DNA of 64,000 nt from Escherichia coli (lineage in GTDB: Bacteria; Pseudomonadota; Gammaproteobacteria; Enterobacterales; Enterobacteriaceae): assembly GCF_044647545.1 (NCBI RefSeq), contig NZ_CP172818.1. One strand, written 5' to 3'. The translations under genes were made by a program, and so were the position numbers. The notes under the pieces are model-generated. The model was not told the DNA's origin. It ran no database searches and was given only the letters and a program-made list of their open reading frames with translations. Below are positions 31,767-43,703 of the stretch, in pieces. How positions within the stretch are numbered: the stretch's first letter is position 1; each line of letters opens with the position of its first letter.

Positions 31767-33182
31767 ATGACAGATCTTCCCGACAGCACCCGCTGGCAAT
31801 TGTGGATTGTGGCTTTCGGCTTCTTTATGCAGTCACTGGACACCACCATCGTTAACACCGCGCTTCCCTCAATGGCGCAAAGCCTCGGGGAAAGCCCGCT
31901 GAATATGCACATGGTCATTGTCTCTTATGTACTGACCGTGGCGGTGATGCTGCCCGCCAGCGGCTGGCTGGCGGACAAAGTCGGCGTACGCAATATCTTC
32001 TTTACCGCCATCGTGCTGTTTACCCTCGGTTCGCTGTTTTGCGCACTTTCCGCCACGTTAAACGAACTGTTGCTTGCTCGCGCGTTACAGGGCGTTGGCG
32101 GCGCGATGATGGTGCCGGTCGGCAGGTTAACAGTGATGAAAATTGTTCCGCGTGAGCAATATATGGCGGCGATGACCTTTGTTACGCTGCCCGGTCAGGT
32201 CGGCCCACTATTGGGTCCGGCGCTCGGCGGCCTGCTGGTGGAATACGCGTCCTGGCACTGGATCTTTTTGATCAACATACCGGTAGGGATTATCGGTGCG
32301 ATTGCCACGCTGATGTTAATGCCAAACTACACCATGCAGACGCGGCGTTTCGATCTCTCCGGTTTTTTGTTGCTGGCGGTCGGCATGGCGGTATTAACGC
32401 TGGCGCTGGATGGCAGTAAAGGCACGGGACTTTCACCGCTGGCGATTGCCGGACTGGCAGCGATTGGCGTGGTGGCACTGGTGCTTTATCTGCTGCACGC
32501 CAGAAATAACAACCGCGCCCTGTTCAGCCTGAAACTGTTCCGCACCCGTACCTTTTCGCTGGGCCTGGCGGGGAGCTTTGCCGGACGTATCGGCAGTGGC
32601 ATGTTGCCCTTTATGACACCGGTTTTCTTACAGATTGGCCTCGGTTTCTCGCCGTTCCATGCCGGACTGATGATGATCCCGATGGTGCTCGGCAGCATGG
32701 GAATGAAGCGAATTGTAGTGCAGGTGGTGAATCGCTTTGGCTACCGTCGGGTACTGGTGGCGACCACGCTGGGCCTGTCGCTGGTCACCCTGCTGTTTAT
32801 GACTACCGCGCTGCTGGGCTGGTACTATGTTTTGCCGTTCGTCCTGTTTTTACAAGGGATGGTCAACTCGACGCGTTTCTCCTCCATGAACACCCTGACG
32901 CTGAAAGATCTCCCGGACAATCTGGCGAGCAGCGGCAACAGCCTGCTATCGATGATTATGCAATTGTCGATGAGTATCGGCGTCACTATCGCCGGGCTGT
33001 TGCTGGGACTTTTTGGTTCACAGCATGTCAGCGTCGACAGCGGCACCACACAAACCGTCTTTATGTACACCTGGCTTAGCATGGCGTTTATCATCGCCCT
33101 TCCGGCGTTCATCTTTGCCAGAGTGTCGAACGATACGCATCAAAATGTCGCTATTTCGCGGCGAAAAAGGAGCGCGCAATGA
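31767..33182 (+). CDS. mdtD: MFS transporter MdtD
   Basis: 471-aa ORF, 14-TMS-type MFS sequence; starts 1 bp after the mdtC stop. Confidence 0.9.
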   Translation: MTDLPDSTRWQLWIVAFGFFMQSLDTTIVNTALPSMAQSLGESPLNMHMVIVSYVLTVAVMLPASGWLADKVGVRNIFFTAIVLFTLGSLFCALSATLNELLLARALQGVGGAMMVPVGRLTVMKIVPREQYMAAMTFVTLPGQVGPLLGPALGGLLVEYASWHWIFLINIPVGIIGAIATLMLMPNYTMQTRRFDLSGFLLLAVGMAVLTLALDGSKGTGLSPLAIAGLAAIGVVALVLYLLHARNNNRALFSLKLFRTRTFSLGLAGSFAGRIGSGMLPFMTPVFLQIGLGFSPFHAGLMMIPMVLGSMGMKRIVVQVVNRFGYRRVLVATTLGLSLVTLLFMTTALLGWYYVLPFVLFLQGMVNSTRFSSMNTLTLKDLPDNLASSGNSLLSMIMQLSMSIGVTIAGLLLGLFGSQHVSVDSGTTQTVFMYTWLSMAFIIALPAFIFARVSNDTHQNVAISRRKRSAQ

Positions 33183-34582
33183 AGTTCTGGCGACCCGGTA
33201 TTACCGGCAAACTGTTTCTGGCGATTTTCGCCACCTGCATTGTCTTGCTGATCAGTATGCACTGGGCGGTGCGTATCAGTTTTGAGCGTGGCTTTATTGA
33301 TTACATCAAGCATGGTAATGAACAACGGCTGCAAATGCTCGGCGATGCGCTTGGTGAGCAGTACGCCCAGCACGGGAACTGGCGCTTCCTGCGTAATAAC
33401 GATCGCTTTGTATTTCAGATCCTACGTTCGCTGGAGCATGATAACAACGAAGATAAGCCCGGCCCCGGTATGCCGCCACACGGCTGGCGCACGCAATTCT
33501 GGGTGGTTGATCAAAACAACAAAGTGCTGGTTGGCCCGCGAGCACCGATTCCACCAGACGGCACACGGCGGCCCATTATGGTCAATGGGGCGGAAGTGGG
33601 TGCGGTGATCGCCTCCCCTGTTGAACGACTGACCCGCAATACCGATATCAATTTTGACAGACAACAGAGGCAAACCAGTTGGCTGATTGTCGCTTTATCT
33701 ACCTTGTTAGCGGCGCTGGCGACATTCCCACTGGCGCGCGGTTTGCTGGCTCCGGTCAAACGACTGGTGGACGGTACACACAAACTGGCAGCGGGCGATT
33801 TCACTACTCGCGTGACGCCCACCAGTGAAGATGAATTGGGCAAACTGGCGCAAGACTTCAACCAGCTCGCCAGCACCCTGGAGAAAAACCAACAGATGCG
33901 CCGCGATTTTATGGCCGATATCTCCCACGAGCTGCGCACGCCTTTAGCGGTACTGCGCGGCGAACTGGAAGCTATTCAGGATGGCGTGCGTAAATTCACG
34001 CCGGAGACGGTGGCGTCTTTACAGGCGGAAGTCGGTACACTGACCAAACTGGTTGACGATCTCCATCAGTTGTCGATGTCTGATGAAGGCGCTCTCGCCT
34101 ATCAAAAAGCACCGGTAGATTTGATCCCACTGCTGGAAGTGGCGGGCGGCGCATTTCGCGAACGATTCGCCAGCCGTGGCCTGAAACTGCAATTTTCCCT
34201 GCCAGACAGTATTACCGTATTTGGCGATCGCGACCGTTTAATGCAGTTATTCAATAACTTACTGGAAAACAGCCTGCGCTACACTGACAGCGGCGGTAGC
34301 CTGAAAATCTCTGCCGAGCAGCACGACAAAACGGTGCGCCTGACCTTTGCCGACAGCGCGCCGGGCGTCAGTGACGATCAGCTACAAAAATTGTTTGAAC
34401 GTTTTTATCGCACCGAAGGCTCCCGCAACCGAGCCAGCGGCGGTTCCGGGCTGGGGCTGGCGATTTGCCTGAACATTGTTGAAGCACATAATGGTCGCAT
34501 TATTGCTGCCCATTCGCCTTTTGGCGGGGTAAGCATTACAGTAGAGTTACCGCTGGAACGGGATTTACAGAGAGAAGTATGA
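33179..34582 (+). CDS. baeS: Envelope-stress sensor histidine kinase BaeS
   Basis: 467-aa ORF; HAMP region, H-box ([21 protein letters not shown]), HATPase_c G-boxes; 4-bp overlap with mdtD. Confidence 0.9.
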
Positions 34583-35301
34583 CCGAGTTACCAATCGACG
34601 AAAACACGCCACGTATTTTGATCGTGGAAGATGAACCGAAGCTGGGGCAGTTACTCATTGATTATCTGCGTGCTGCGAGCTATGCGCCGACGCTTATCAG
34701 CCACGGCGATCAGGTACTGCCATATGTGCGCCAGACACCACCGGATCTGATCCTGTTGGATCTGATGCTCCCTGGCACCGATGGCCTGACGTTGTGTCGG
34801 GAGATTCGTCGTTTTTCTGACATTCCGATCGTGATGGTGACAGCAAAAATCGAAGAGATCGACCGCCTGCTCGGGCTGGAGATTGGCGCAGATGACTACA
34901 TCTGCAAACCGTACAGCCCACGGGAAGTGGTAGCGCGCGTCAAAACCATTTTGCGCCGTTGCAAACCGCAGCGTGAGTTGCAGCAACAGGATGCTGAAAG
35001 CCCGTTGATTATCGACGAAGGTCGTTTTCAGGCTTCATGGCGCGGAAAAATGCTTGACCTGACGCCTGCGGAATTTCGTCTGCTGAAAACGCTCTCTCAT
35101 GAACCAGGAAAAGTGTTCTCCCGCGAGCAGTTGCTGAACCATCTTTATGACGACTACCGCGTAGTAACCGACCGCACCATCGACAGCCACATTAAAAACC
35201 TGCGCCGCAAGCTGGAATCTCTCGACGCCGAACAGTCATTTATCCGCGCCGTTTACGGCGTCGGTTACCGCTGGGAAGCCGACGCCTGCCGCATCGTTTA
35301 A
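34579..35301 (+). CDS. baeR: OmpR-family response regulator BaeR
   Basis: 240-aa ORF; receiver domain ([11 protein letters not shown]..., conserved Asp in [10 protein letters not shown]) and winged-helix C-terminus. Confidence 0.9.
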
Positions 35302-35480
35302 CATTTTTACCTGCCGGAGAAGGCATTCACGCCACATCCGGCAGCATTATCCCGCGCATTGTCGGCTATCTGACATTATCTCTCCGCCCTGGCAAGCACC
35401 TGAAAATCGCTCATACTTTAATCGGCAAACAGTCCTTTTAGATGCTGTTTTCGATACGCAATTTCAATCAAGGAGTCATT

Positions 35481-35813
35481 ATGGCTGGTTGGTTTGAACT
35501 CAGTAAGAGCAGTGATAATCAATTCCGGTTTGTGCTAAAAGCGGGCAATGGTGAGACTATCCTCACCAGCGAGCTGTATACCTCAAAAGCCTCTGCGGAA
35601 AAGGGCATCGCGTCGGTACGTAGCAACAGCCCGCAAGAAGAACGCTATGAGAAAAAAACGGCAAGCAACGGCAAATTCTATTTCAATCTGAAAGCCGCCA
35701 ATCATCAAATTATCGGCTCCAGCCAGATGTACGCCACCGCGCAATCTCGTGAAACCGGAATTGCCTCCGTTAAAGCCAATGGCACAAGCCAGACGGTAAA
35801 AGATAATACGTAA
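35481..35813 (+). CDS. yegP: UPF0339/DUF1508 family protein YegP (tandem repeat protein)
   Basis: ORF 35442..35813; start at MAGWFELSKSSDNQFRFVLKAGNGE (ATG 35481); two internal repeats (FRFVLKAGNGE.../FYFNLKAANHQ...). Confidence 0.85.
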   Translation: MAGWFELSKSSDNQFRFVLKAGNGETILTSELYTSKASAEKGIASVRSNSPQEERYEKKTASNGKFYFNLKAANHQIIGSSQMYATAQSRETGIASVKANGTSQTVKDNT

Positions 35814-36044
35814 TGACGATGCCGGGCGTGGGTTGTTGGCGTCCGGCTTTATATCAAAACAACTCTTATTTATTGATAATTAAGATTAACCTCCGCCATT
35901 AAAATATGGGCACTGACGAGCACTCGTTTCTTTCTTTTTTACCATCCCATACTTATCTTCCTGAATATGTTCATATGCCAAAATATCTTCTAATACTTTC
36001 GACCTACCGGTTTATGAAATACACTGATGAAGATTTTTACTTAC

Positions 36045-36545
<501 letters not shown>

Positions 36546-36653
36546 AGCTAAACCCGCCGATTGCGCTACAATGCCCGCCCTTAAAGTGGGGGCACTCCCC
36601 TAACCGCTTCATCAGGTGAAGCGGATCTGACCTGTCATCAGAACGAGAGAATT

Positions 36654-38015
36654 ATGTTTAAACCGGAACTCCTTTCCCCGGCGGGAACGCTGAAAAATAT
36701 GCGTTACGCTTTCGCTTATGGCGCAGATGCTGTTTATGCGGGCCAGCCGCGTTACTCCCTGCGTGTGCGCAACAACGAATTCAACCACGAAAATCTTCAG
36801 CTCGGCATCAATGAAGCCCACGCGCTGGGGAAAAAGTTTTATGTCGTGGTCAACATTGCACCGCACAACGCCAAGCTGAAAACCTTTATCCGTGACCTGA
36901 AACCGGTGGTGGAGATGGGGCCGGATGCGCTGATTATGTCCGATCCAGGGCTGATTATGCTGGTGCGCGAGCACTTCCCTGAAATGCCGATCCACCTCTC
37001 GGTGCAGGCTAACGCCGTGAACTGGGCGACGGTGAAATTCTGGCAGCAAATGGGACTGACCCGCGTGATCCTCTCTCGCGAGCTGTCGCTGGAAGAGATT
37101 GAAGAGATCCGTAATCAGGTGCCGGATATGGAGATCGAGATCTTCGTTCACGGTGCGCTGTGCATGGCCTACTCCGGTCGCTGCCTGCTCTCTGGCTATA
37201 TCAACAAGCGCGACCCGAACCAGGGCACCTGCACCAACGCCTGCCGCTGGGAGTACAACGTCCAGGAAGGGAAAGAAGATGACGTTGGCAACATCGTGCA
37301 CAAGTACGAGCCGATTCCGGTGCAAAATGTTGAGCCGACGCTGGGCATCGGCGCGCCAACCGACAAAGTGTTTATGATCGAAGAAGCTCAGCGTCCGGGC
37401 GAGTATATGACTGCGTTTGAAGATGAGCACGGCACTTACATCATGAACTCGAAAGATCTGCGCGCTATCGCCCACGTTGAACGCCTGACCAAAATGGGCG
37501 TGCATTCGCTGAAAATCGAAGGTCGTACAAAATCTTTCTACTATTGCGCACGCACCGCGCAGGTTTACCGTAAAGCTATCGATGACGCAGCTGCGGGAAA
37601 ACCATTCGATACCAGCCTGCTGGAAACTCTGGAAGGTCTGGCGCATCGTGGCTATACCGAAGGTTTCCTGCGTCGTCATACTCACGACGATTATCAGAAC
37701 TACGAATACGGTTATTCAGTTTCTGACCGCCAGCAGTTTGTTGGTGAGTTTACCGGTGAGCGCAAGGGCGACCTCGCGGCGGTAGCGGTGAAAAATAAAT
37801 TCTCCGTTGGCGACAGCCTTGAGCTGATGACGCCGCAAGGGAACATTAACTTTACCCTTGAGCATATGGAAAACGCCAAAGGCGAAGCAATGCCGGTCGC
37901 ACCGGGCGATGGTTATACTGTGTGGATCCCGGTCCCGCAGGATCTTGAGCTAAATTACGCGCTGCTGATGCGTAATTTCTCCGGGGAAACCACGCGTAAC
38001 CCCCACGGTAAGTGA
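36654..38015 (+). CDS. yegQ: Peptidase U32-family protein YegQ (TrhP-type tRNA modification enzyme family)
   Basis: 453-aa ORF MFKPELLSPAGTLKNMRYAFAYGADAVYAGQPRYSLRVRNNEF... with U32-family core and conserved Cys cluster. Confidence 0.9.
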   Translation: MFKPELLSPAGTLKNMRYAFAYGADAVYAGQPRYSLRVRNNEFNHENLQLGINEAHALGKKFYVVVNIAPHNAKLKTFIRDLKPVVEMGPDALIMSDPGLIMLVREHFPEMPIHLSVQANAVNWATVKFWQQMGLTRVILSRELSLEEIEEIRNQVPDMEIEIFVHGALCMAYSGRCLLSGYINKRDPNQGTCTNACRWEYNVQEGKEDDVGNIVHKYEPIPVQNVEPTLGIGAPTDKVFMIEEAQRPGEYMTAFEDEHGTYIMNSKDLRAIAHVERLTKMGVHSLKIEGRTKSFYYCARTAQVYRKAIDDAAAGKPFDTSLLETLEGLAHRGYTEGFLRRHTHDDYQNYEYGYSVSDRQQFVGEFTGERKGDLAAVAVKNKFSVGDSLELMTPQGNINFTLEHMENAKGEAMPVAPGDGYTVWIPVPQDLELNYALLMRNFSGETTRNPHGK

Positions 38016-38099
38016 TTAATTTCGATTATTTTTCCCGGATGGAAAATTCTTAGAAACCGATCACATACAGCTGCATTTATTAAGGTTATCATCCGTTTC

Positions 38100-38190
38100 G
38101 CTGAAAAACATAACCCATAAAATGCTAGCTGTACCAGGAACCACCTCCTTAGCCTGTGTAATCTCCCTTACACACACGGGCTTATTTTTT
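38100..38190 (+). ncRNA. cyaR: CyaR (RyeE) Hfq-dependent sRNA
   Basis: gctgaaaaacataacccataaaatgctagctgtaccaggaaccacctccttagcctgtgtaatctccc...gggcttatttttt matches CyaR as I recall it, including the terminator hairpin and U-tail. Confidence 0.8.
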
Positions 38191-38348
38191 ATGCATAAGC
38201 CCTATCTCTGGTAACCGTCTTCCATTGACCACATCGATAGAATCCTCCTTCATAGCACGATGCCTTTCACTTATCGGCATCGTGCTCCCACAGGTTCCGG
38301 CTACGCACAGCCAGAACGCGCATGTTTGACGCTTACCAAAAAATATTC

Positions 38349-38666
38349 TCACTCTCCACATTTGAATGTCAGACGAGCGACGCCATGTAATCCTGCACCT
38401 TCTGTCTTCAGGTCAACTATCTGCATTTTTTTTCCCTGAGTAACACAGAAATGAGCTGCATCATTTTTTACTATATTTTCTGCACCAGAAATTCTGCCCC
38501 TGGCTAAAGAAGCTTCGGCTTCGGTGTAGTATTGGTTATCGAGTTTACGCTGAATATTACTTTTATATGCAAGGCCAAATTTACCGATACTTGTCTCATC
38601 ATTATGCACAGCACAACCAGACATAAGAAAAACACTAATTAATGATATAGCAGCTATCTTTTTCAT
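38349..38666 (-). CDS. yegR: Small secreted/lipoprotein-like protein YegR
   Basis: ORF 38349..38726; start at MKKIAAISLISVFLMSGCAVHNDE (signal peptide with lipobox), 105 aa; ATG confirmed at 38664-38666. Confidence 0.8.
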   Translation of the reverse strand: MKKIAAISLISVFLMSGCAVHNDETSIGKFGLAYKSNIQRKLDNQYYTEAEASLARGRISGAENIVKNDAAHFCVTQGKKMQIVDLKTEGAGLHGVARLTFKCGE

Positions 38667-39080
38667 CTTACCTTCCCCCATTAAATACCAACGACACGCT
38701 CTGGTGTTTAAATATAATAATGGCATGATTATTATATTTGAATAGGATTATAATAAATGTTCTGTACAACATTTCCTACATAAGTAGGAATTACAGACAC
38801 GGATGCCCTTCCGGGTAACCCCATGGGGGGGTTAATATATTTTTAATAGTATATTGAAGATGCCACTGTTTAGTTGAATATTAGGTATATGCTCTTTTTT
38901 GAAATTTATCGGTGGCTGCCGTTAGTATTCGCTGTCCCCATTGCAAGCTCCTGGTGGTAACCACTGAATCTTCCATACTTGAACTGACTTTTTATCCTCC
39001 GACTTTCATCCTGTTCTGACTCTACCTTTTCTTTTCTGCTCTACACTATCTACAGACCAATCATAAAGGCACATACGATC

Positions 39081-39980
39081 ATGGCAGAATTTCCCGCCAG
39101 CTTACTGATTCTTAATGGCAAAAGTACTGACAATCTACCCCTGCGCGAAGCAATTATGCTGTTGCGTGAGGAAGGAATGACGATCCATGTGCGGGTCACC
39201 TGGGAGAAAGGCGATGCCGCACGATATGTAGAGGAGGCCCGGAAGTTGGGCGTCGCAACGGTGATTGCCGGTGGTGGCGATGGCACCATTAATGAAGTTT
39301 CTACGGCGTTGATTCAGTGTGAGGGGGATGACATACCCGTGCTGGGAATTTTGCCATTAGGAACCGCCAATGATTTTGCCACCAGTGTAGGGATTCCTGA
39401 GGCACTGGATAAGGCGCTGAAACTGGCAATTGCCGGTAACGCCATTGCGATAGATATAGCGCAGGTCAACAAACAAACCTGTTTTATTAATATGGCGACA
39501 GGCGGATTTGGGACGCGTATTACCACAGAAACGCCGGAAAAATTAAAAGCCGCGCTGGGTGGCGTCTCTTACATCATTCATGGCTTAATGCGCATGGATA
39601 CTCTGCAACCGGACCGTTGTGAAATCCGCGGTGAAAACTTTCACTGGCAAGGTGACGCCCTGGTCATTGGTATTGGTAACGGGCGTCAGGCCGGTGGCGG
39701 TCAACAATTGTGCCCGAACGCGTTAATTAACGATGGCTTGCTGCAACTGCGCATTTTTACCGGCGATGAAATTCTTCCGGCTCTCGTATCAACCTTAAAA
39801 TCTGACGAAGATAACCCGAATATTATCGAAGGCGCTTCGTCGTGGTTTGATATACAAGCCCCACACGAAATCACTTTTAATCTTGATGGCGAACCGTTGA
39901 GCGGACAAAACTTTCATATTGAAATACTTCCGGCGGCGTTGCGTTGTCGATTACCACCGGATTGTCCATTATTGCGTTAA
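39081..39980 (+). CDS. yegS: Lipid kinase YegS (diacylglycerol kinase catalytic-domain family)
   Basis: 299-aa ORF with DAGK_cat GGDGT motif ([13 protein letters not shown]). Confidence 0.9.
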   Translation: MAEFPASLLILNGKSTDNLPLREAIMLLREEGMTIHVRVTWEKGDAARYVEEARKLGVATVIAGGGDGTINEVSTALIQCEGDDIPVLGILPLGTANDFATSVGIPEALDKALKLAIAGNAIAIDIAQVNKQTCFINMATGGFGTRITTETPEKLKAALGGVSYIIHGLMRMDTLQPDRCEIRGENFHWQGDALVIGIGNGRQAGGGQQLCPNALINDGLLQLRIFTGDEILPALVSTLKSDEDNPNIIEGASSWFDIQAPHEITFNLDGEPLSGQNFHIEILPAALRCRLPPDCPLLR

Positions 39981-40018
39981 TCAAACTATTCTCTCTTGAA
40001 CCAGGGAAAATCCGTAAT

Positions 40019-40052
40019 GCCGGATGCGGTGTAAACAACTTATCCGGCATAC
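40019..40052. repeat. REP-like element between yegS and gatR
   Basis: gccggatgcggtgtaaacaacttatccggcatac resembles the REP consensus. Confidence 0.5.
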
Positions 40053-40061
40053 AGAACAATA

Positions 40062-40841
40062 CTACACCGTAATTAATTTCACTCGTGTCTTCTGCAATGC
40101 CAGTTTATCCACCTCTGACACAGCATCGTCGGTAATAATAATGTCAATTTTTTCGATTGGCAGTACCTGATTAAAACCGCGACGATTAAATTTCGATGAA
40201 TCGAGAACGGCAATCACTTTATTTGCGGCTGTGACCATCGCCCCGCTAATCGAATAGCCTTCATTAAAGGTCGTAATACCATTAACCGCATCAATACCAT
40301 CAGCACCGACAAACATTAAATCGGCATTAATATCCTGCAATGAACGCTCAGCAATGGAGCCATGCATCGAGCGCGTTTTATGGCGGACCGTGCCACCGCA
40401 GACGACCAGAGTAATGTCTTTATTTTCGGAAAGGGCAAATGCTGCCGGGAGACTGTTGGTAATCACCGTGATATTTTTGGCGGTCATTAATCCTTCGGCG
40501 ATAAGCATTGTCGTACTTCCGCTGTCGAGAATAACGGTCATCCCTTCGTGGATCATTTTGACTGCCGCCTGCGCTATTCTGTTTTTTGGCGCGCTGGCGA
40601 GCTGAAATCGCTCTTTAAACCCGACTTCCTGGGTCTCGGTTTCACTATTACCGGACATTATTTTCGCCGCACCGCCATGAAAGCGCGTAACCACGCCTTT
40701 TTGTTCGAGAAAGCGCAAATCGGCACGGATTGTCGCTTCCGAGGCAGCAAATACTCCCGCCAGATCCTGAACAAGCACGGTTCCCTGTTCATTCACTAAT
40801 TGGATGATCTTATTCCTTCGCTCGAATGAATTCATCGTCAT
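40062..40841 (-). CDS. gatR: DeoR-family galactitol operon repressor GatR (uninterrupted)
   Basis: 259-aa continuous ORF; N-terminal DeoR HTH (RRNKIIQLVNEQGTVLVQDLAGVFAASEATIRADLRFLEQKG), C-terminal sugar-phosphate-binding domain. Confidence 0.85.
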   Translation of the reverse strand: MTMNSFERRNKIIQLVNEQGTVLVQDLAGVFAASEATIRADLRFLEQKGVVTRFHGGAAKIMSGNSETETQEVGFKERFQLASAPKNRIAQAAVKMIHEGMTVILDSGSTTMLIAEGLMTAKNITVITNSLPAAFALSENKDITLVVCGGTVRHKTRSMHGSIAERSLQDINADLMFVGADGIDAVNGITTFNEGYSISGAMVTAANKVIAVLDSSKFNRRGFNQVLPIEKIDIIITDDAVSEVDKLALQKTRVKLITV

Positions 40842-40940
40842 TTACCCATATTCAATTGTGGCTAGTGTAAACGAAGGGGGACCATTGGTGAATGATCTGT
40901 TTTGCACAATACCGGGCCAGCATCACGCTGGCCCGCGGTT

Positions 40941-41981
40941 TCAGGGAATGAGCAACACTTTGCCCGGCATAGCATTACGAGCGATGTCACGCACCGCCTG
41001 GGCGAAGCTTTCAAAGCTTCCACGGTGAGCGATTAATGGCTCCAGGCTTAACTTACGTTCTGTCAGCAACCGGCTCGCCGTTTCCCACTCCTGCCCCGGC
41101 CAAGGGCTGGAGTAGTTCATCCAACTGCCGATAACCGTCAGCTCTTTACGCAATATTTTGCCAAACGTTGCCGATGTTAAATGCAGATCCTGATGCAACG
41201 TGCCCACCAGCGCCAGCTGGGCATGAGGCCCGGCAATCTCTACCGCCAGTTCGACGGTTTGCGGGACGCCAGCCGTCTCGAGGATAAGCTGATTAAAGCG
41301 CAGCTCGCGTAAAACGCCCTGCATTTGCGGCGCGCTCATTTCAAGGCTGTTAAATGTTTGCATCGCACCGAAAGATTTTGCCAGTGCCAGTTTTTCTGAG
41401 CTAATGTCGATAGCCGTCACACTCTTTGCTCCCAGCGCGACAGCGCACTGAATGGCCAGCAGGCCAATGGTTCCGGCACCAATAATAATAACGTTTTTAT
41501 TCTCACAACCTTGCGCTAAATGAAAAGCATGCAGGCCAACGGTAATCGGTTCAATAAAAGCCCCTTCCTCAATAGGCATATCCGCAGGTAGAGCAAAGAC
41601 ATTTTTCCGCTTAACGACAATATATTCGGCAACCCCACCATCACGCCGTGAGCCAATAAAATCATATTTTGCGCACTGGGAATAAAACCCTTTCAGACAC
41701 TCTGGACAAGTAAAACAGGGTAATAACGGCACACAGGCAACCGCATCGCCAGGATGTAAATCATCAACACCGGATCCCACCGCATCAATATAGCCGCTAA
41801 ATTCATGGCCTAACGTTATTGGATAATAATGTGCACCATTTTTAAATATCCTGGGTAAATCGGAACCACATACGCCCGAGCTGGCAATTTTTACCCGCAC
41901 CTCATCCTGATGATTAATTTCAGGAATGACTCGTTCTTCAACGCGCACGATACCATCAGTATCATTCACCACTGATTTCAT
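40941..41981 (-). CDS. gatD: Galactitol-1-phosphate 5-dehydrogenase (Zn-dependent MDR family)
   Basis: 346-aa ORF with Zn-ligand Cys/His pattern (GVCGSDL, GHEFSG) and Rossmann GxGxxG (IIGAGTIG). Confidence 0.9.
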   Translation of the reverse strand: MKSVVNDTDGIVRVEERVIPEINHQDEVRVKIASSGVCGSDLPRIFKNGAHYYPITLGHEFSGYIDAVGSGVDDLHPGDAVACVPLLPCFTCPECLKGFYSQCAKYDFIGSRRDGGVAEYIVVKRKNVFALPADMPIEEGAFIEPITVGLHAFHLAQGCENKNVIIIGAGTIGLLAIQCAVALGAKSVTAIDISSEKLALAKSFGAMQTFNSLEMSAPQMQGVLRELRFNQLILETAGVPQTVELAVEIAGPHAQLALVGTLHQDLHLTSATFGKILRKELTVIGSWMNYSSPWPGQEWETASRLLTERKLSLEPLIAHRGSFESFAQAVRDIARNAMPGKVLLIP

Positions 41982-42029
41982 AAAAACTCCTGATTGGTTA
42001 AGGGGGATATTCTCCCCCTCAGGTAAAAA

Positions 42030-43385
42030 TTATTCTGCGAGAACGGCTTTCTCTTGTTTGGTAAAGCCGCGCGCTCTACGCCAGGTCATGAAAATACCGG
42101 TGAGATAAATGACGCCGATAATAATGAAACCGGGAATATTTTGCGGGGAGAAAACCTGAATCAGTAACCAGGTAATAGGAGAACCGCCCTGATCCATTGA
42201 AGCCACCATACCCCCGGCTTTTAACGCCCCAGCATTAGCCGCCAGTTGGGTGTGCAAACCAATAGTTTGCGTCGCGATCCACAGGGTGATGCTCATAATG
42301 ATGACACCCGAGATTAAGGTGCGGAACAGATTTCCACGATGCACCGCGACCGCCATCGCCACGAAGAAGCCGATAGTTGCAAGATCGCCAAACGGCAGCA
42401 CCTGATTACCCGGAACACAAACAGCAATTAAAATGGTGAGAGGGATAAAAATCAGGCTTGCCGATACCACCGCCGTATGCCCCAGCAACAACGCCGGATC
42501 AAGGCCAATCAGGAACTCCTGACCGCCGAACTTCGCCTGTAAACGACTACGGGCCTGCTTAGCGATGGGCGTTAAACCATCCATGATAGGTTTAATCACC
42601 CGTGGCATCAGCAGCATAACTGCCGCCGTTTTTACCGCCAGCTGCAATACACCTTTGACATCGTAACCCGCAAGGATGCCGATAATCAGCCCCATCACAA
42701 AACCCACGGTGACCGGTTCGCCAAAAGGGCCAAATTTGCGCTGAATATCATCGGCGCTAAATTTAATTCGGTTAACGCCTGGGATTTTCTCGATGATAGC
42801 ATCGACCAGCACCGCAATCGGCCCCATATACGCCGACGTACCGTGCGGAATAGCAATGCCTTCCAGCTCAAAGAAATTTCGGGTATCGCGGGCAAACCAG
42901 TCGCCGAGCTTATAAACAAACGCCGCGTGAATTACCACACCCGCCATCCCTATCATCCATGAACCGGTTGCCAGATGCAGCAACGCGCCGGTGAAGGTCA
43001 TATGCCAGATATTCCAGATATCAACATTTACCACCCGCGTCATACGGGTCAGTAACATCGCCACGTTAACCAGAATCGCAATCGGAATCGCCACCAGCGC
43101 AATTTGCGACGCCCAGGTCATGGGTGAAGAGCCCGGCCAGCCGACATCGACCACATGCAGATTCAGGTCGAAATTTTCCGCCATCGCTTTCGCCGCCGGA
43201 CCAATGGAATCCAGCATTAAGCCAATCACAAGGCCAATGCCAACAAAGCCAATCCCGATATGCAGACCCGCTTTAAAGCAATCGCCTGCCTTCATGCCTA
43301 ATATTTTAGAAAAAATAATGATGACAATCGGCAGCATCACCGTAGGGCCGAGGTCGAGAATATAACGCATGACTTCTGAAAACAT
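42030..43385 (-). CDS. gatC: PTS galactitol-specific EIIC component
   Basis: 451-aa polytopic membrane ORF. Confidence 0.9.
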   Translation of the reverse strand: MFSEVMRYILDLGPTVMLPIVIIIFSKILGMKAGDCFKAGLHIGIGFVGIGLVIGLMLDSIGPAAKAMAENFDLNLHVVDVGWPGSSPMTWASQIALVAIPIAILVNVAMLLTRMTRVVNVDIWNIWHMTFTGALLHLATGSWMIGMAGVVIHAAFVYKLGDWFARDTRNFFELEGIAIPHGTSAYMGPIAVLVDAIIEKIPGVNRIKFSADDIQRKFGPFGEPVTVGFVMGLIIGILAGYDVKGVLQLAVKTAAVMLLMPRVIKPIMDGLTPIAKQARSRLQAKFGGQEFLIGLDPALLLGHTAVVSASLIFIPLTILIAVCVPGNQVLPFGDLATIGFFVAMAVAVHRGNLFRTLISGVIIMSITLWIATQTIGLHTQLAANAGALKAGGMVASMDQGGSPITWLLIQVFSPQNIPGFIIIGVIYLTGIFMTWRRARGFTKQEKAVLAE

Positions 43386-43388
43386 AGG

Positions 43389-43673
43389 TCACCCCTGTAA
43401 GATAGTCAGAATTTTATTTTGTAATGCTTCGATACCGACACCAGAAACAAAAGGCATGCCGTGAACTAACGGAATATTGCCAAAACTACGATCCACCCTG
43501 GCAGTGGTGCATATCAAATGCACGCCATCCATATAGGTTTCTATTTCATTAACCCGACACTGGATTAATTCAACCGGAATATTATGACTCTGACACAACT
43601 CTTTAATTTCTTCCGCCGCCATCGTAGAGGTCGCAACCGCACCTCCGCAAGCGACAATAATTTTGCGTTTCAT
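43389..43673 (-). CDS. gatB: PTS galactitol-specific EIIB component
   Basis: 94-aa [33 protein letters not shown]... with the active-site Cys near the N-terminus. Confidence 0.9.
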   Translation of the reverse strand: MKRKIIVACGGAVATSTMAAEEIKELCQSHNIPVELIQCRVNEIETYMDGVHLICTTARVDRSFGNIPLVHGMPFVSGVGIEALQNKILTILQG

Positions 43674-43703
43674 AAATAGTCCTTTTCATTGTTACAGAGG
43701 GAT

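Noticed and set aside
36612-37685. 357-aa ORF antisense to yegQ
   Set aside because: It entirely overlaps the yegQ coding strand, which has a clear U32-family protein sequence; long antisense ORFs are common in GC-rich genes and this one shows no recognisable protein features.
40842-40940. Possible terminator hairpin (gggccagc...gctggccc) between gatD and gatR
   Set aside because: No adjacent U/T-run on either strand; kept as unassigned secondary structure rather than a terminator call.
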